The notes beneath the pieces are model-generated. The model searched no databases and was not told the origin of the DNA. It saw only the letters and a list, made by a program, of their open reading frames with translations. A stretch of DNA of 63,300 bases, the filler included, from Perkinsus chesapeaki ATCC PRA-425 (taxonomy: Eukaryota; Protista; Perkinsozoa): assembly GCA_013115145.1 (NCBI GenBank). It is 14 parts of 14 records of this genome, joined end to end, with 100 filler letters (N's around TTAATTAATTAA, not from the genome) between each part and the next. Parts side by side here need not be neighbours in the genome. Positions count along the whole stretch, not along the records: positions 36,867 to 43,560 come from JAAPAO010001066.1; positions 43,661 to 47,899 come from JAAPAO010001289.1; positions 48,000 to 53,543 come from JAAPAO010001149.1; positions 53,644 to 54,764 come from JAAPAO010002183.1; 10 more parts are not named here. The stretch is one strand, 5' to 3'. Numbering within the stretch: the stretch's first letter is position 1; each line of letters begins with the position of its first letter. The position numbers and the translations under genes were made by a program. This document shows, piece after piece, positions 42,801-54,199 of this stretch.

Positions 42801-43560
42801 CTGAGGTTGATTTGTTCTCTGTAAACCACTTGAGGCAGGCTTTCCAGTCAGCCGGGTTAATACAGGACTCAGCCAATCCTACCCAGCAGGAGGTCAGTTC
42901 GATTCTTCGTACCTATATTTTATCACAATTATTATATTTACCTGGTGGGACCACTGCGTTCGATAAGCATCTCATTGATGCGAACGATGCTCTCACCAGC
43001 TTACTCCTTGGGGGAAACCTACAGTTCTACACAACCCCCTTAGTGCTGCGACATGAATTGACAGAAGCAGCTTCCGAAGCATTGGTACAACGCACAACAG
43101 AGAGCAAGCGTGCCTTTGCCGAAGCACTCCACTGCTTCTCAAACCCAATTCATGATTTGCCACCTGTAGATGACTTGGCAGGCGCTACGCAGGCTAACCC
43201 TCTCCAATGGCGTCCACATATTGAGCGCGGTGCTACTCAGACACTTGAGTCTTTCCAGGAGCAACAAGTAGCGCTCAATATAGGTTTAGACGCGATTGAT
43301 CAGTTCTCATCTGGTCAATCTGCCTTTATCCCTGCTCCCATTTTATTAGGGCCGCCTGGTAGCGGCAAGTCCCATGTAACCGCACATTGGGGTGCATATG
43401 CGTTAGCAAAGGGACTAAATACTATAGTGACGAGTGTTGCTAGCGAACGTGCTGCAGCATTAGGAGGAGAACACATTCACCTAGTGTTCTCTATACCCGT
43501 CACATCTACCCTGTCGTCTCGTCTAATAGCGGAAAGGGCGTTAACCCGATTGGCTAGAGA
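36867..43560 (+). mobile_element. Helitron-like HUH Rep / PIF1-type helicase gene, >2000 aa, truncated at both contig ends
   Basis: PTYFYTHS (Rep motif 1), WEFQTTRGNLPHIHALIW (HUH), NYLAKY (Y2) and Walker A GPPGSGKS in one long frame. Spliced Pro-rich exons lie upstream. Confidence 0.9.
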
Positions 43561-44995
43561 NNNNNNNNNNNNNNNNNNNNNNNNNNNNNNNNNNNNNNNN
43601 NNNNTTAATTAATTAANNNNNNNNNNNNNNNNNNNNNNNNNNNNNNNNNNNNNNNNNNNNCCCCCACATATTACCGTAGGAATGTCTGCAAAAAGTGTGC
43701 TATAGACTTGCATCAGAGTCAGACGATCTAACTGCCAGATTCTGACATACAACCAAGAGAATCACTGCCACGTGTGCGGAACCTGCGCCTCCGGATACAC
43801 CCTTGCTTTTGTCTTCGTTATGAACCTGATTTACATTTCGCTATCCTGACTCCCAGAATGCCCGTTCTGTATAATACCAGGCTCTCGTTACTCATTTTAG
43901 AGGCGTCCAGTTTTATAAATCATGAATTATGATCGTTTCAATTATGAAACGGCACCGTGCCGTTTCATAATTGAAACGATCTTGACGATCTTTTTCGCAG
44001 CCACTTCTGGTGACCCATTGTAATATCACTCTCACTTGTTCACAAATCTGGTTCCCATCATCAATCATGTTTCCATGACATACGACTGATTCCCCCTGCA
44101 GGCATACCATTAATTCTGTCTGTTCGTACGTGAGCACTATCGTTTACTGTAGCACAAAGTGATAAGCACTTCCTGAACATCAGGAAACGAGCCTTTCAAT
44201 TGCGAAGATATTCACGATATTAACTAAAAATTTTTAGTAAAAATCTGCCATACCGTGAGGTTATATATGCCGTAGTGGTGCTGCCACATGTGCCAGATAT
44301 ATTTGAAGATGTTGGTCTCATTGGGAATTTCAATGTGCAGATGTTTAACTTGTACGCATGATCTTCGTGGAGCAGTCACCGTGACCGCCGGTCCATCGAG
44401 TTTGTTAAGCTATTGAAGTCGATTGTTTCTTATAGGCCGGACTGGTATTCTAAATGGCGGACCCGCCTACTTTTGCTTGTCGGTTGGCTCTCCGCGTCGT
44501 GTCTCCAGTCAGACCTGCAAAGTCATAATACTCAAGCAGAGGAGTGCTGTATTCCTCGTGATAAGGACCTCGGCGGTGGTATCCACAGAACTAGTGCCCT
44601 CGACATTTATTCTATCTGATGAGTTCAAGTTGGCCTCGGCTATGGGTGATGTGGAACAATGTCGGCCCCACATTGTCGGTATCCCCACGTCAAGCCCGAT
44701 CAAGAATCGAAGGTAGCTGCTCCGATTGGCTTTGAACTACATGTACGCGGCTGCCGTACGATGAAGAATCTGCATTGCAGACCCCAACATTGAGTGCACA
44801 CTCTCGATTGATCCCACGGATGGCACTTCGCATTGTCGTGAGTTGCGTCTCTGTCAGAGACGCTTCAAATCAGAAGCTCTCTGATTTGAATGACTCGCGT
44901 TGCTATCGTACTAGGGTTTGCGTAGTTCGACTATCGGAGCTTTTATGTATCTCAGATACATAGACCAGACTGGTCTTAAAAGCGTTATCGACCCT

Positions 44996-45316
44996 ATGAT
45001 GCATCACTTCTTCACAGTATGCTCGGCGGTTATCGTGGCGCACGCATTTGGTGAACCTTTCGACATAAGTAAACACAAGGCATTCACAAAAATTACAGAA
45101 AACACGAGAATGGTCGACATCTCTCCGGAGAGTAATCCCGTGTTCTCATCAACTTTGGGTAATTCGACTCCCTTCACCTACCCGGTGGGTTGGTCACCTG
45201 CTCAAACAAGGTTCCTCGAGCCGTATTGCGTGGTCGGTAATTATACCGTGAGTGATACTATTGGTCTCATTCTTGACTTGTACATGTACCGTACATGTAC
45301 CTGGCAACAGCAGTGA
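44996..45316 (+). CDS. Secreted protein, family C; 3' end possibly truncated by a palindrome
   Basis: Signal-like MMHHFFTVCSAVIVAHAFG and PFTYPVGWSP motif. The stop codon falls inside the 45301-45349 hairpin. Confidence 0.55.
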   Translation: MMHHFFTVCSAVIVAHAFGEPFDISKHKAFTKITENTRMVDISPESNPVFSSTLGNSTPFTYPVGWSPAQTRFLEPYCVVGNYTVSDTIGLILDLYMYRTCTWQQQ

Positions 45317-45643
45317 ATGGGGAGCCTCCACATTCACTGCTGTTGCCAGCCAGTCGAGATTCCAGCTATGACTTGTTTTGTTCTCGTCTAGNNNNNNNNN
45401 NNNNNNNNNNNNNNNNNNNNNNNNNNNNNNNNNNNNNNNNNNNNNNNNNNNNNNNNNNNNNNNNNNNNNNNNNNNNNNNNNNNNNNNNAGGCAATGTGAG
45501 TCTGGAGGGCTTGCTGTGTCAGATCGCGTTGCGTGCGCTGATGTCTGCCCTACGGGAAGTGTGAGATGAGGTGCGAGTTCCACTCCATCGTGTACATATC
45601 CCGGGGGGCCCAGATTAGCTTCCAGTTCAGGTCGTCGTCACCT

Positions 45644-46129
45644 GTGTCTCCAGAGTGGGCATCCATCATGGATGATCCATGACAGGGGTCTCACGCTTCT
45701 ATCCGTTCTGCCTGTCCGCATACCTGGGTGTAGGTAATGTCCGCAGGGGTTCATGGGATGGGGTGCGCTCCTTTACACTTTTGCTCGGATTACTGTCTAC
45801 TAGCCCGAATTGTTAGTTGATAGCCTACTCTTGGTCACCCGTGTCTCTAGAGTGGGAATCCATGACAGGGGTCTCACACTCCTATCCGTTCTGCCTGCCC
45901 GCATACTTTGGTGTAGGAAATGTCCGCAGGGGTTCATGGTATGGGGTGCGCTCCTTCACATTTTTTCTCGGATTACTGTCTACTAGCCCGAATTGTTAGT
46001 TGATAGCCTACTCTTGGTCACTCGTGTCTCTAGAGTGGGCATCCATGACAGGGGTCTCACGCTTCTATCCGTTCTGCCTGTCCGCGTACCTGGGTGTAGG
46101 TAATGTCCGCAGGGGTTCATGGTATGGGG
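45644..46129. repeat. Tandem repeat, 183-bp unit, about 2.6 copies
   Basis: GTGTCTCYAGAGTGGG recurs at 45644, 45841 and 46024. Units are highly similar. Confidence 0.9.
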
Positions 46130-46215
46130 ACCCCACATGATGTACGACGCCAACGAGAACACTAAAACCGTTGACAACGGTTTTAGTGTTCAACTCTCTA
46201 ACCACGTAGTCTACG

Positions 46216-46428
46216 ATGAAATTGATTGTCTGAAACACGAAATTGATTTCCCTAAGTGGGCGAAATTGAAGTCACCTCCTGGGTGGAGACGAAATTGAAA
46301 GTTCTCAGACGAAATTGAACTTCCCAAGCGCGAAAAAGATCTTACGGTTTCGGATTCGGACCTTCGACTTCGCCCGCCGCTGCGAAATTGATGTTCCCAA
46401 GGACGAACTAGATATTGAAAAGGTGTAG
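46216..46428 (+). repeat. Dispersed ~200-bp repeat with arrayed CGAAATTGA motifs, copy 1
   Basis: Six near-copies of the motif. Aligns with 56807-56997; both end GATATTGAAAAGGTGTAG. Confidence 0.85.
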
Positions 46429-47074
46429 TACATTCAAGAACGCTGAGCCAATTTAAATGGTTGGCCGTTCCCGTGGTTGTGCTGACTTGTTAGATCAGAC
46501 ATTGTCCTATGGTAGCTTGCGTGGTATGGTTCATGCCTGTATGTCAGGCTGTGGCAATGGGCAATATAATCCATCAACTAAGCAGCACACCGTAGCATCA
46601 ACTATCTCAGCCAATCTGATCATGCGCGGCTTTGGTCATGATCTACTTAATGACAACTATACCTTGCAGGGGCAATATCGTTCGGGCTTTGATTATGACA
46701 TGGCTTCGGACGCTACTTTCGGGAGCCACAAAGAAAAAAAGGCATATATAGTGGGGATATGGCCTTGGATGTCAGCTTTGATACAGTTGCTAATGACCTT
46801 CTTGCTTGGCATACATTCGTTGGTCTACGCGCTTCGGCGCAGCTTTTGGACTTCAGACCAGCTTATGCATTCTACCCTTTTGTTGACCTAATATTGAATA
46901 TTAAACCCTAGTCCGTAAAAAATGTGTTCTAGTCGCTGTCCGCATTTCTCTTGGGTGTCTTCCAAGACGTGAAGATGAGAGATATATGCGGCGTCTTCGC
47001 AGAGCATGATGTACGCTTCTTGGTTCGTGTACTTACGAATCATATATGCATCCTGCTGCTACTTGGACTGGCTT

Positions 47075-47096
47075 GTCGCTAGTAGCGACTCGCTAC
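47075..47096. repeat. 7-8-7 scar
   Basis: GTCGCTA|GTAGCGAC|TCGCTAC. Confidence 0.9.
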
Positions 47097-47805
47097 TATG
47101 ATACGTAGTACAGGTTTTTTTGGCTAAGACATGTACTTGTCATATGTTACGTCGTTTAACATTTTCTGCGAGGTTCACATTCGCACCCAGAGCTCATTCA
47201 GCTGTGGGATTCCAACAGTGGGAATTATCCTTTATTATTTGTCTTGTCTGCCGCAATCTCTGGTTTTATCCCAAGACTCCCGAGTTTATCGTATCAATTA
47301 TTCATTGCGGGTGAGTCTATGGAGCGCAAGCACTCGCCGAGAGATAGTGGTGAAGGTAAAAGCTTGAACTAACGCTTGACGGAAATACGATGGAGGACAG
47401 CTATTTGAAACACGGAGCATATCTTTCGGTTGAGAGTCCTAACCCGAGTCAATTCGAATTACTTCGTGAGCGATCGGCAGCCGAATTAAAAAGGCTAAGA
47501 AAACAAAAACTATGTGCGTATAGTCAAGCTCCTAGGCATTACCAAACTGACAGTACTAAGTAATTTTGTCCACGTTAGATCCGTATGCGAAATTCGCATA
47601 CGGACGAATTGTTGATACTCTCAAATTCGCAGCGTAGCTCAATGTTAGTTGACCATTGGTCGATATGAACGTGGTCATAGGGTTCCACTAGACGCTCCAG
47701 AAACCCTCTATAGTGGACGTGAGAGGTTGTGGTCGGAGTTCATTCGACCTGTGGCTCCTGCTCATGATACGAATACTCGAACTGCCAGACTGTTAGGGTA
47801 ACACC

Positions 47806-47827
47806 GCTATCAGTGATAGCCTATCAC
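47806..47827. repeat. 7-8-7 scar
   Basis: GCTATCA|GTGATAGC|CTATCAC. Confidence 0.9.
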
Positions 47828-48020
47828 CTAAAGTGATTCACCTCATTTCGTGTCTCACTACGTCTCGATGGAGATCCTGTTTTTTTGTTGAGCGGTTCAN
47901 NNNNNNNNNNNNNNNNNNNNNNNNNNNNNNNNNNNNNNNNNNNTTAATTAATTAANNNNNNNNNNNNNNNNNNNNNNNNNNNNNNNNNNNNNNNNNNNNC
48001 AGTTAAAAGTCAAAAATTCC

Positions 48021-48074
48021 GTGTACGAGTTTCATGTGTACGTAATTTATGTGTACCAATCGTTATACACCCCT
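48021..48074 (-). mobile_element. Decayed hAT-like terminus, same family as 1-108
   Basis: Minus strand AGGGGTGTATAACGATTGGTACACATAAA plus repeated GTACAC. Confidence 0.45.
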
Positions 48075-48429
48075 TTGCGTTACATCGTTATGAGCGACGC
48101 GCAGATGCCTGTTGCGATCCGATACCCTGTTGAAGAAGCAGTCACACAGGGGACAGTGTTCCGTCTTCTCCCTGTCAACCAATAGGCTTGGGATTTCCTG
48201 GGGGGGACTGGGGCAGGTCTATTCAGCTTGAGTTGAGCTTTAACAGCTCTTTCCAGCTTAGAATAGTCCTTGGCTTTTAAGGTATCAAGTATGAGCTTGG
48301 TACCACCCGCATTACCACCCGAAATCCATTCACAGTCTGGGACTATCCAGGAGATCCATGATTGCTTCGATCTCCCTCCAACTTTGTCACCTTGCAGGAT
48401 GATCCGTGGGACACTACTAGCGAGATGGC

Positions 48430-48451
48430 TAGTGCTCAGCACTAAGTGCTG
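48430..48451. repeat. 7-8-7 scar inside the LINE
   Basis: TAGTGCT|CAGCACTA|AGTGCTG. Confidence 0.9.
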
Positions 48452-49350
48452 GTTAGTAACCTGCCTAGGAGAAGAAGCCTACGCACAGCGACGAAGGTCC
48501 TAGCATCAGCTAGTTGCTCTGTCTGCTTGCATAGCAAGTCTCTTGTAACCTTATCCTTAATTGTAACTCCTATCACTGCTCTTCTTATTTTATTTAAGAA
48601 GGCATCTAGTAAGGTGTAGTCACCTTTGCGCAATGCAAGGGTTTCTACAGTATACAAGAGAGAAGGAACAATTACCTGCTTGGCTACCCCCAACCTAGTC
48701 TCAATAGAGATATGCTTATCCACTAGCACATTTCTCACTTTCATGTACCTGGACATTGCCGACCTTTTCCTTTGGCTGATTGCCTTAGCTGGATCATACG
48801 TATCGCTGATACAGGATCCTAAGTAAGCAAAACTACTTACTTTCGCTATAGGCTCCCCTCTGAGGTGAAGGTGGCCATCTTGCTGACCATATTCACTCAA
48901 AGGCACCCACACCGTCTTTGACTCTGAAATCCTGAAGAGACATCCAGCACCAACTTGCTCTAGGGCATCTAATGCCACTTGTAGGTCGGACCTACAAGTG
49001 GCATTAGATGGCATCTACTAGGTCCTCCAGGGAATCTGCTAAGATGAACAGGTCATCCGCGAATTCACCTTTCTGGACTTGTATTTCCTCTTCAGCATCC
49101 GTGTCAAATCCGAGGTCCGCTTTCGAGTTTCCAATGATAAACTTGACGCCTGCCACACCTTTCTCGGCTAGGACCATTTTCCAGTCGTGCAGAACTATAT
49201 GGAGGGTAACCAAAAAGCTTCTGGGCCTAGACAGCATCCTTGCCGGATTCCAGATGCAATCCTAAAGGAGACGTTTGGGTCCTGCTTTAGGATCCCCTTC
49301 ATGTCGTTCTTGTGCAGACTTTCGATGACCTTTGCCAACTTGGGGGGACA

Positions 49351-49372
49351 GTGGACTAAGTCCACTGGACTT
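49351..49372. repeat. 7-8-7 scar inside the LINE
   Basis: GTGGACT|AAGTCCAC|TGGACTT. Confidence 0.9.
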
Positions 49373-50101
49373 CTTGTAGTTGAGGAAAACCCGCACGCCC
49401 TAAGGGCGTGCTTGAGAAGAGTACGATGTACTCTATCAAAAGCTTGCTTGAAATCGACAAAACACACATAGAGCGGGGTCCTCGTCGCTCTCGCAGCATG
49501 CTGGGCTTGTCGTAGTAGCAGTATGTGACTCAAGGTCTCTCGGCCTTTCCTGAAACCTGCCTGAGTATCCTCAAGAATACTACCCGTGATCTGTCGTAGC
49601 CTGTTGCATGCTAGACGCGCTAGTGCCTTACCTATGACATCTAGGAGGAAGATTCCCCGGTAGTTAGCCGGGTCATCTCTAGCCCCTTCCCTTTATAGAG
49701 GGTAGCCACAACCGCATTTTAAAGTCATCCGGTACCTCAGCTGTTTCGAAGATCTTGGTGAAGAGCTTCTGCAGATGTAGGTATAACGGACTTCCTACGG
49801 CTTTGACCATTTCTGGCGTAATACCAGAGATGCCAGGACACTTCTTTGTCTTCATGGTTTTGAAGACATTCTCGATTTCCTCTTTTGTTGGTGGATCATC
49901 TAGGTGAGAGTAATCTCGCCTTGGCAATCCCAAAAGAGGGGGGTTCGGGCGCCTATCGGACTCCTCGAACAGGGCCTCGAAGTGCCTTTTAAAGCACTCT
50001 GATGAGGGACCTGACGAAGACTTGAACCCCCTCTGTTCGGGGAACCTGCTAAGGCCCCTTTGCAGAGTTTCCATATATTTATTTGCTTGTGTGATTGAAG
50101 T

Positions 50102-50141
<40 letters not shown>

Positions 50142-50315
50142 CGCGGGGGGGGGGGGGGGGGTTGGGCGTTTGGGGTGGGGCGTGGTGGATGGGGGGTGAG
50201 ACGGAACAGGGGATGGGNNNNNNNNNNTGTTGTTTTTTTTTTTTTTTTTTTTGGGGGGCGGCTCTGGGTTGTCCCCCGGGCCCGCCGCCCCCCCCCCCCC
50301 CCCCCCCCCCCCCCG

Positions 50316-50349
<34 letters not shown>

Positions 50350-50967
50350 ACTTCAATATCAGCCGAGACCCTTTTGATAAATGCTTCTTTCGCACAGTCG
50401 ACTTTCCTCGAGTTTCCTGCGAGTTCCCACCACTAGGTAGTGGTCAGACGAGTGACCAATCTCACCCACAATATCCGCTCCTCTGTAGACTCTGACATAG
50501 TACATGCTCCTCTGTAGACTGGAAAAGCTTCATTACCTTCCATTTTGCCACGAGTCCATCGGCCTTGAGATGCCGAGGGATGCTCTGGGGTGTACCCAGG
50601 TATCCGTATGGACCTTCTTGTGCTTGAAGAAGGAGTTTAAGACTTGAAGTTCATGGTCTCGCAGGAACTCAATGAGTTTGTCCCCATTTAGGGAGGTTTC
50701 ACTTCCCCTGAAGCACTGACCTATTGGCCAGTATTTCGGGTCAGCTTCCCCTTCTATTGGGGCTGCGAGTTTGCAGTTGACGTCAGCACCTATAAGGTAC
50801 CAGTCGTTACCACAGTCACTTACCGCCCTGTTAAGAGCTTCCAAGTGAACCATGTACTCGTCTCTCTCTCGCTCTTCTTGTGCGTCTTCATTCGCAGCTT
50901 GGTTCCGCCCGCTTTCGGTTGGAAAGTAGCTGCTTATGAAGTGCACTTTCTTGGGAGCTTTATTTCC

Positions 50968-50989
50968 TTTAACTCAGTTAAATTAACTG
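50968..50989. repeat. 7-8-7 scar inside the LINE
   Basis: TTTAACT|CAGTTAAA|TTAACTG. Confidence 0.9.
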
Positions 50990-51645
50990 CCATCGCCTCC
51001 AGTGTTAGCTTGGAGTTTCTGAGACCATACGAGGTGTGGCTTCTAACCTTTGGAGCGATTCGGGCCGAAACCCGGAATCCAGTTCCTTGCCTAGCTTGAC
51101 CACTTGCCGCATCTGGACCTGCATTATAAAATACAGAACCATCCGGAAGAGCCATAGGGGAAATAAAATCTGTTCCAAGATGGGTTTCGACGATACAGCA
51201 AATGTCGAGATTATACTGTACCATCACCCGGTGTAGGTCCATGATCCTGCCCGAGCTCTTTAGGGAGCGGACATTCCATGTTCCCACATGCAGACTGTCC
51301 TTTTGTGATTTAGGTTTTCTAGTATGGGCACTGAGGAGGTTTACAAGGCCTCCCTCAGTCGGGTTACTCGAGTTCTGGATTCTGTTAAGTCTACGTGCTC
51401 TCAAGAGAACTCGCAGCCTGTCCCTTCCTATCCTTCCCTCTTTCGCCCTCTCTCCCTTTGCCTTTTGGTTCGCCTCTCTCGCCAACCTTCGCCGTCTGGT
51501 TATTCGCCTTTGGCTGGGGTGTGGGTTGATCGTCTCCGCAGTGGGCTCCAGGAGGCTCCTCATCTCAGTCAGGGCTGAGCCCTGTCCCGGTGCGCGGCGC
51601 GGACGCGACGAGGAGAGTTTGGTCATTACGAACAAAACAAGAACC

Positions 51646-51764
51646 TGGGGTGTTAACGATTGGTACACATAAAACACGTACACCTAAATTAAGTGACTTA
51701 ATGTTTAATCTCCATAAATCACGTTCATACTCAACTCGATTGCTTGAAGCACGTACACAGTCAG
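51646..51764 (+). mobile_element. Decayed hAT-like terminus, same family as 1-108
   Basis: TGGGGTGTTAACGATTGGTACACAT...; reverse complement of window 1-105 apart from a short duplication and a few substitutions. Confidence 0.5.
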
Positions 51765-51914
51765 GCTGACTGAATCAGCTCGTTCGCTCCTATTCAGATC
51801 ATCGGCAGTTCGACAACCAAAAGTACGTTCACTATTATATCGTATCCATAAGCTCGGTACACTTGCATTCAGTACACCCCAATTTCATTATGAAATTTTC
51901 ATACACCAAAATAT

Positions 51915-51936
51915 CAATGATAATCATTGAATGATT
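51915..51936. repeat. 7-8-7 scar
   Basis: CAATGAT|AATCATTG|AATGATT. Confidence 0.85.
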
Positions 51937-53643
51937 GATAATCAATCCACACTTCTTTCACACAAGCTTATCTCGTAGACTACGAGATATGCTTGTGTGA
52001 AAAAAGTGTGTACGAGACTCGTGCACTTTCATTCCGTACACTCGAAAAATTTCCGAACTCGAAAAGGCAGTTATTGCGGCAAGAAGGCTCCTTTGGCAAG
52101 AAGCCCACTGGCGGTGCGTGGCGAAAATTTTCAAAGCAAATCGCGGAGCGGCTCCGCGACTTGCCTCGAGAATTTCACGGCCCTCATCAGGTGCTTGTGA
52201 AGATGCGACGAAATTTTGTACGGTCCGTACAGTACGGATTCGATGTCGGACCCGCTTGACGCAGCCCGTATCGGCAAGTAGGTCTCAGACCCGAGGTCTG
52301 AGTGCGTTTGTCTCGCATTTTCCTTCGGACATCTCGACCACTGAATAACCCAGTGGTCATCCGAATTCAGCTAGCTTACAGTATCAGCTCCAATACTGCT
52401 GACATACAACAGGTATGATGTACGGGTGGCCCCTAGGCAAGAGGAGTCCTCTTAGAGGACAAGTACTACAATCTCCATACTGGCGTTGTGAGCCGTCATT
52501 TCTCTTTTCTGCATCCTTCGATGTCATTTTAGTCAGAGATATATATGAATGATAAAAATGTTCAAGCGGTAATGGGCTCAAGTAAGCAGTGGTTCTACGG
52601 TGATATTCAGGTGACGCCATTTTGAATGCAGAACCGTACCAACTCTGACTTAATCAGGTATTCAAAGACCTTGATAGATATCTCGCTTTGAGTAAAGCAG
52701 TGGGTATTTCAGTCAGGCCATTTTAGCGTAATGTGGAATATTTTTTCCATTGCTGCTTGTAAATTTGGTAAGTAAATTGAGCATGAATTTTACGCTGGTG
52801 AATATATACCCGGCTTTGACTGCTTTTTTAACGTTGACAGAGTTGAATCCCCGTTGGCGTTCCCTGTTGAATCCCCGTTCCGTCTGAATTGGCGGAGACC
52901 AGATCGGGACGTTCAACGTCCGACGTTGAGGCTCTTCATCGATAGAGGGAGGTACCGATAAGTTTGCTATTCCAATATTTTTGATATTGCCTTTCCTTCT
53001 GCCATTCTGTAGTACTTGCGAGGACCCTATAAAAATACTTTCCCGATTGAGTAAGGCTTGTGTGGGTTAAACACTTACTGTAAGCTTCGCAAGGTTGCCA
53101 GCAGGAAGGCTACCTAGTCGATGGTATCGACAGTACACGGGCCTAGGTTTAGTGACCGCATGACAATGTAAGGCGAACATTTCCGAACATTCCACCGTGA
53201 AATATGGCGCCCGCTAAAGGGAGGAACTTTTCAACCCCTTAAAGAGCGTATATTATGAAATAGTAACGCGCCTCGAGTACGGGACTGGGGATCGCCCCCC
53301 TTGGAGAAGCTGTGCTACTGGAGCACCATTATCAGTTGCTATGTTAAACATAGTATGTTGAAGGCCGTGCAATTAAGTGCCCATAGCTGAACGCAACTCG
53401 TGGCATAGGATTCTATTAACAAATAAATGTTTGATACTCTGTTGACTGTATTGACAAGCGACACGACTACTACAACGGTAATGACGTATTATCATAATGA
53501 TGTACCACACTGCTCCTAAGGCAGTTCTGGAAATCATGCACATNNNNNNNNNNNNNNNNNNNNNNNNNNNNNNNNNNNNNNNNNNNNTTAATTAATTAAN
53601 NNNNNNNNNNNNNNNNNNNNNNNNNNNNNNNNNNNNNNNNNNN

Positions 53644-53725
53644 AAAAAGACAAGTGAAGATGAAATACGTAAAAAAAGACAAGTGAAGATGAAATACGTA
53701 AAAAAAGACAAGTGAAGATGAAATA
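53644..53725. repeat. 29-bp tandem repeat, about 2.8 copies, at contig edge
   Basis: CAAGTGAAGATGAAATACGTAAAAAAAGA with period 29 (53651, 53680, 53709). Confidence 0.9.
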
Positions 53726-53796
53726 GGCGGGAGTATATATGATTGAGTGAATTGGCGTGAATTCGCAGACTGTATATAAATAGGGCATTCCGTCAC

Positions 53797-54199
53797 CTGT
53801 CCTTTAGCCGTCTGTACGAGACCAACATTAGACTTGCCGATAACATCGACATCGACAACCTCAGTTTTTGGCGACAATATTGTTCTCCAGTTGAGAAGAC
53901 CGGTAGCACCGTCGATAACCTAATAAGAATCTTTGGGTCCACCAATGAGGGAATGACCTACTGCGATCACACCTTCGTCGGTGCCCACAAAGATGCCACC
54001 GTTTGGAAGAACCTCGGGCACAGCGGACACTCCTCCGACGTTACGCATAAACCAATCGTATCTGCCACATAGTTCAACCTTACGTGAATCTTACACGGTT
54101 AACCTCAGGATACTACTTTCTTGCTTCATCAGGATGCAGTGCAAGTACCGAGACTAACAACAGTTGTAAAACTGCTGCGATGCTAAACAAACTCCTCAT
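53797..54199 (-). CDS. EMC1: ER membrane protein complex subunit 1-like, first three exons only
   Basis: Spliced product: signal peptide, ALHPDEARKYDWFMRNVG, VGTDEGVIAVIDGATGLLNWR. This matches the remembered EMC1 PQQ-like N-terminus. Confidence 0.65.

Larger units (their letters stand above)
48080..51626 (-). mobile_element. RTE-like non-LTR retrotransposon (APE endonuclease + reverse transcriptase), disrupted
   Basis: APE motifs HVGTWNVRSL, IVETH, GADVN and SDH. RT motifs YRGIFLLD, QAGFR, FVDFKQAFD, GIRQGC, FADD, FAYLGS and PSLLYTVET. Confidence 0.9.

Noticed and set aside
46457-46891. 144-aa plus-strand ORF
   Set aside because: No motif, signal peptide or paralog to support it.
47628-47700. 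tRNA-like start GCAGCGTAGCTCAA and GGGTTCC
   Set aside because: The acceptor and T stems do not pair properly and there is no anticodon arm.
49679-49730. Two further LINE frameshifts
   Set aside because: Both are 1-bp losses in homopolymer runs; may be sequencing error and are not scars.
50101-50350. Poly-G/poly-C/poly-T tract giving Gly- and Pro-rich ORFs
   Set aside because: Low-quality sequence around an N gap inside the LINE; most likely a sequencing artefact.
51651-51764. TGTTAAC... repeat read as an LTR with a polypurine tract
   Set aside because: No gag/pol next to any of the three copies and no paired LTR; a hAT-end reading fits better, though it is not proven.
53644-53725. 29-bp repeats as a CRISPR array
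   Set aside because: Head-to-tail with no spacers, in a eukaryotic intron context.
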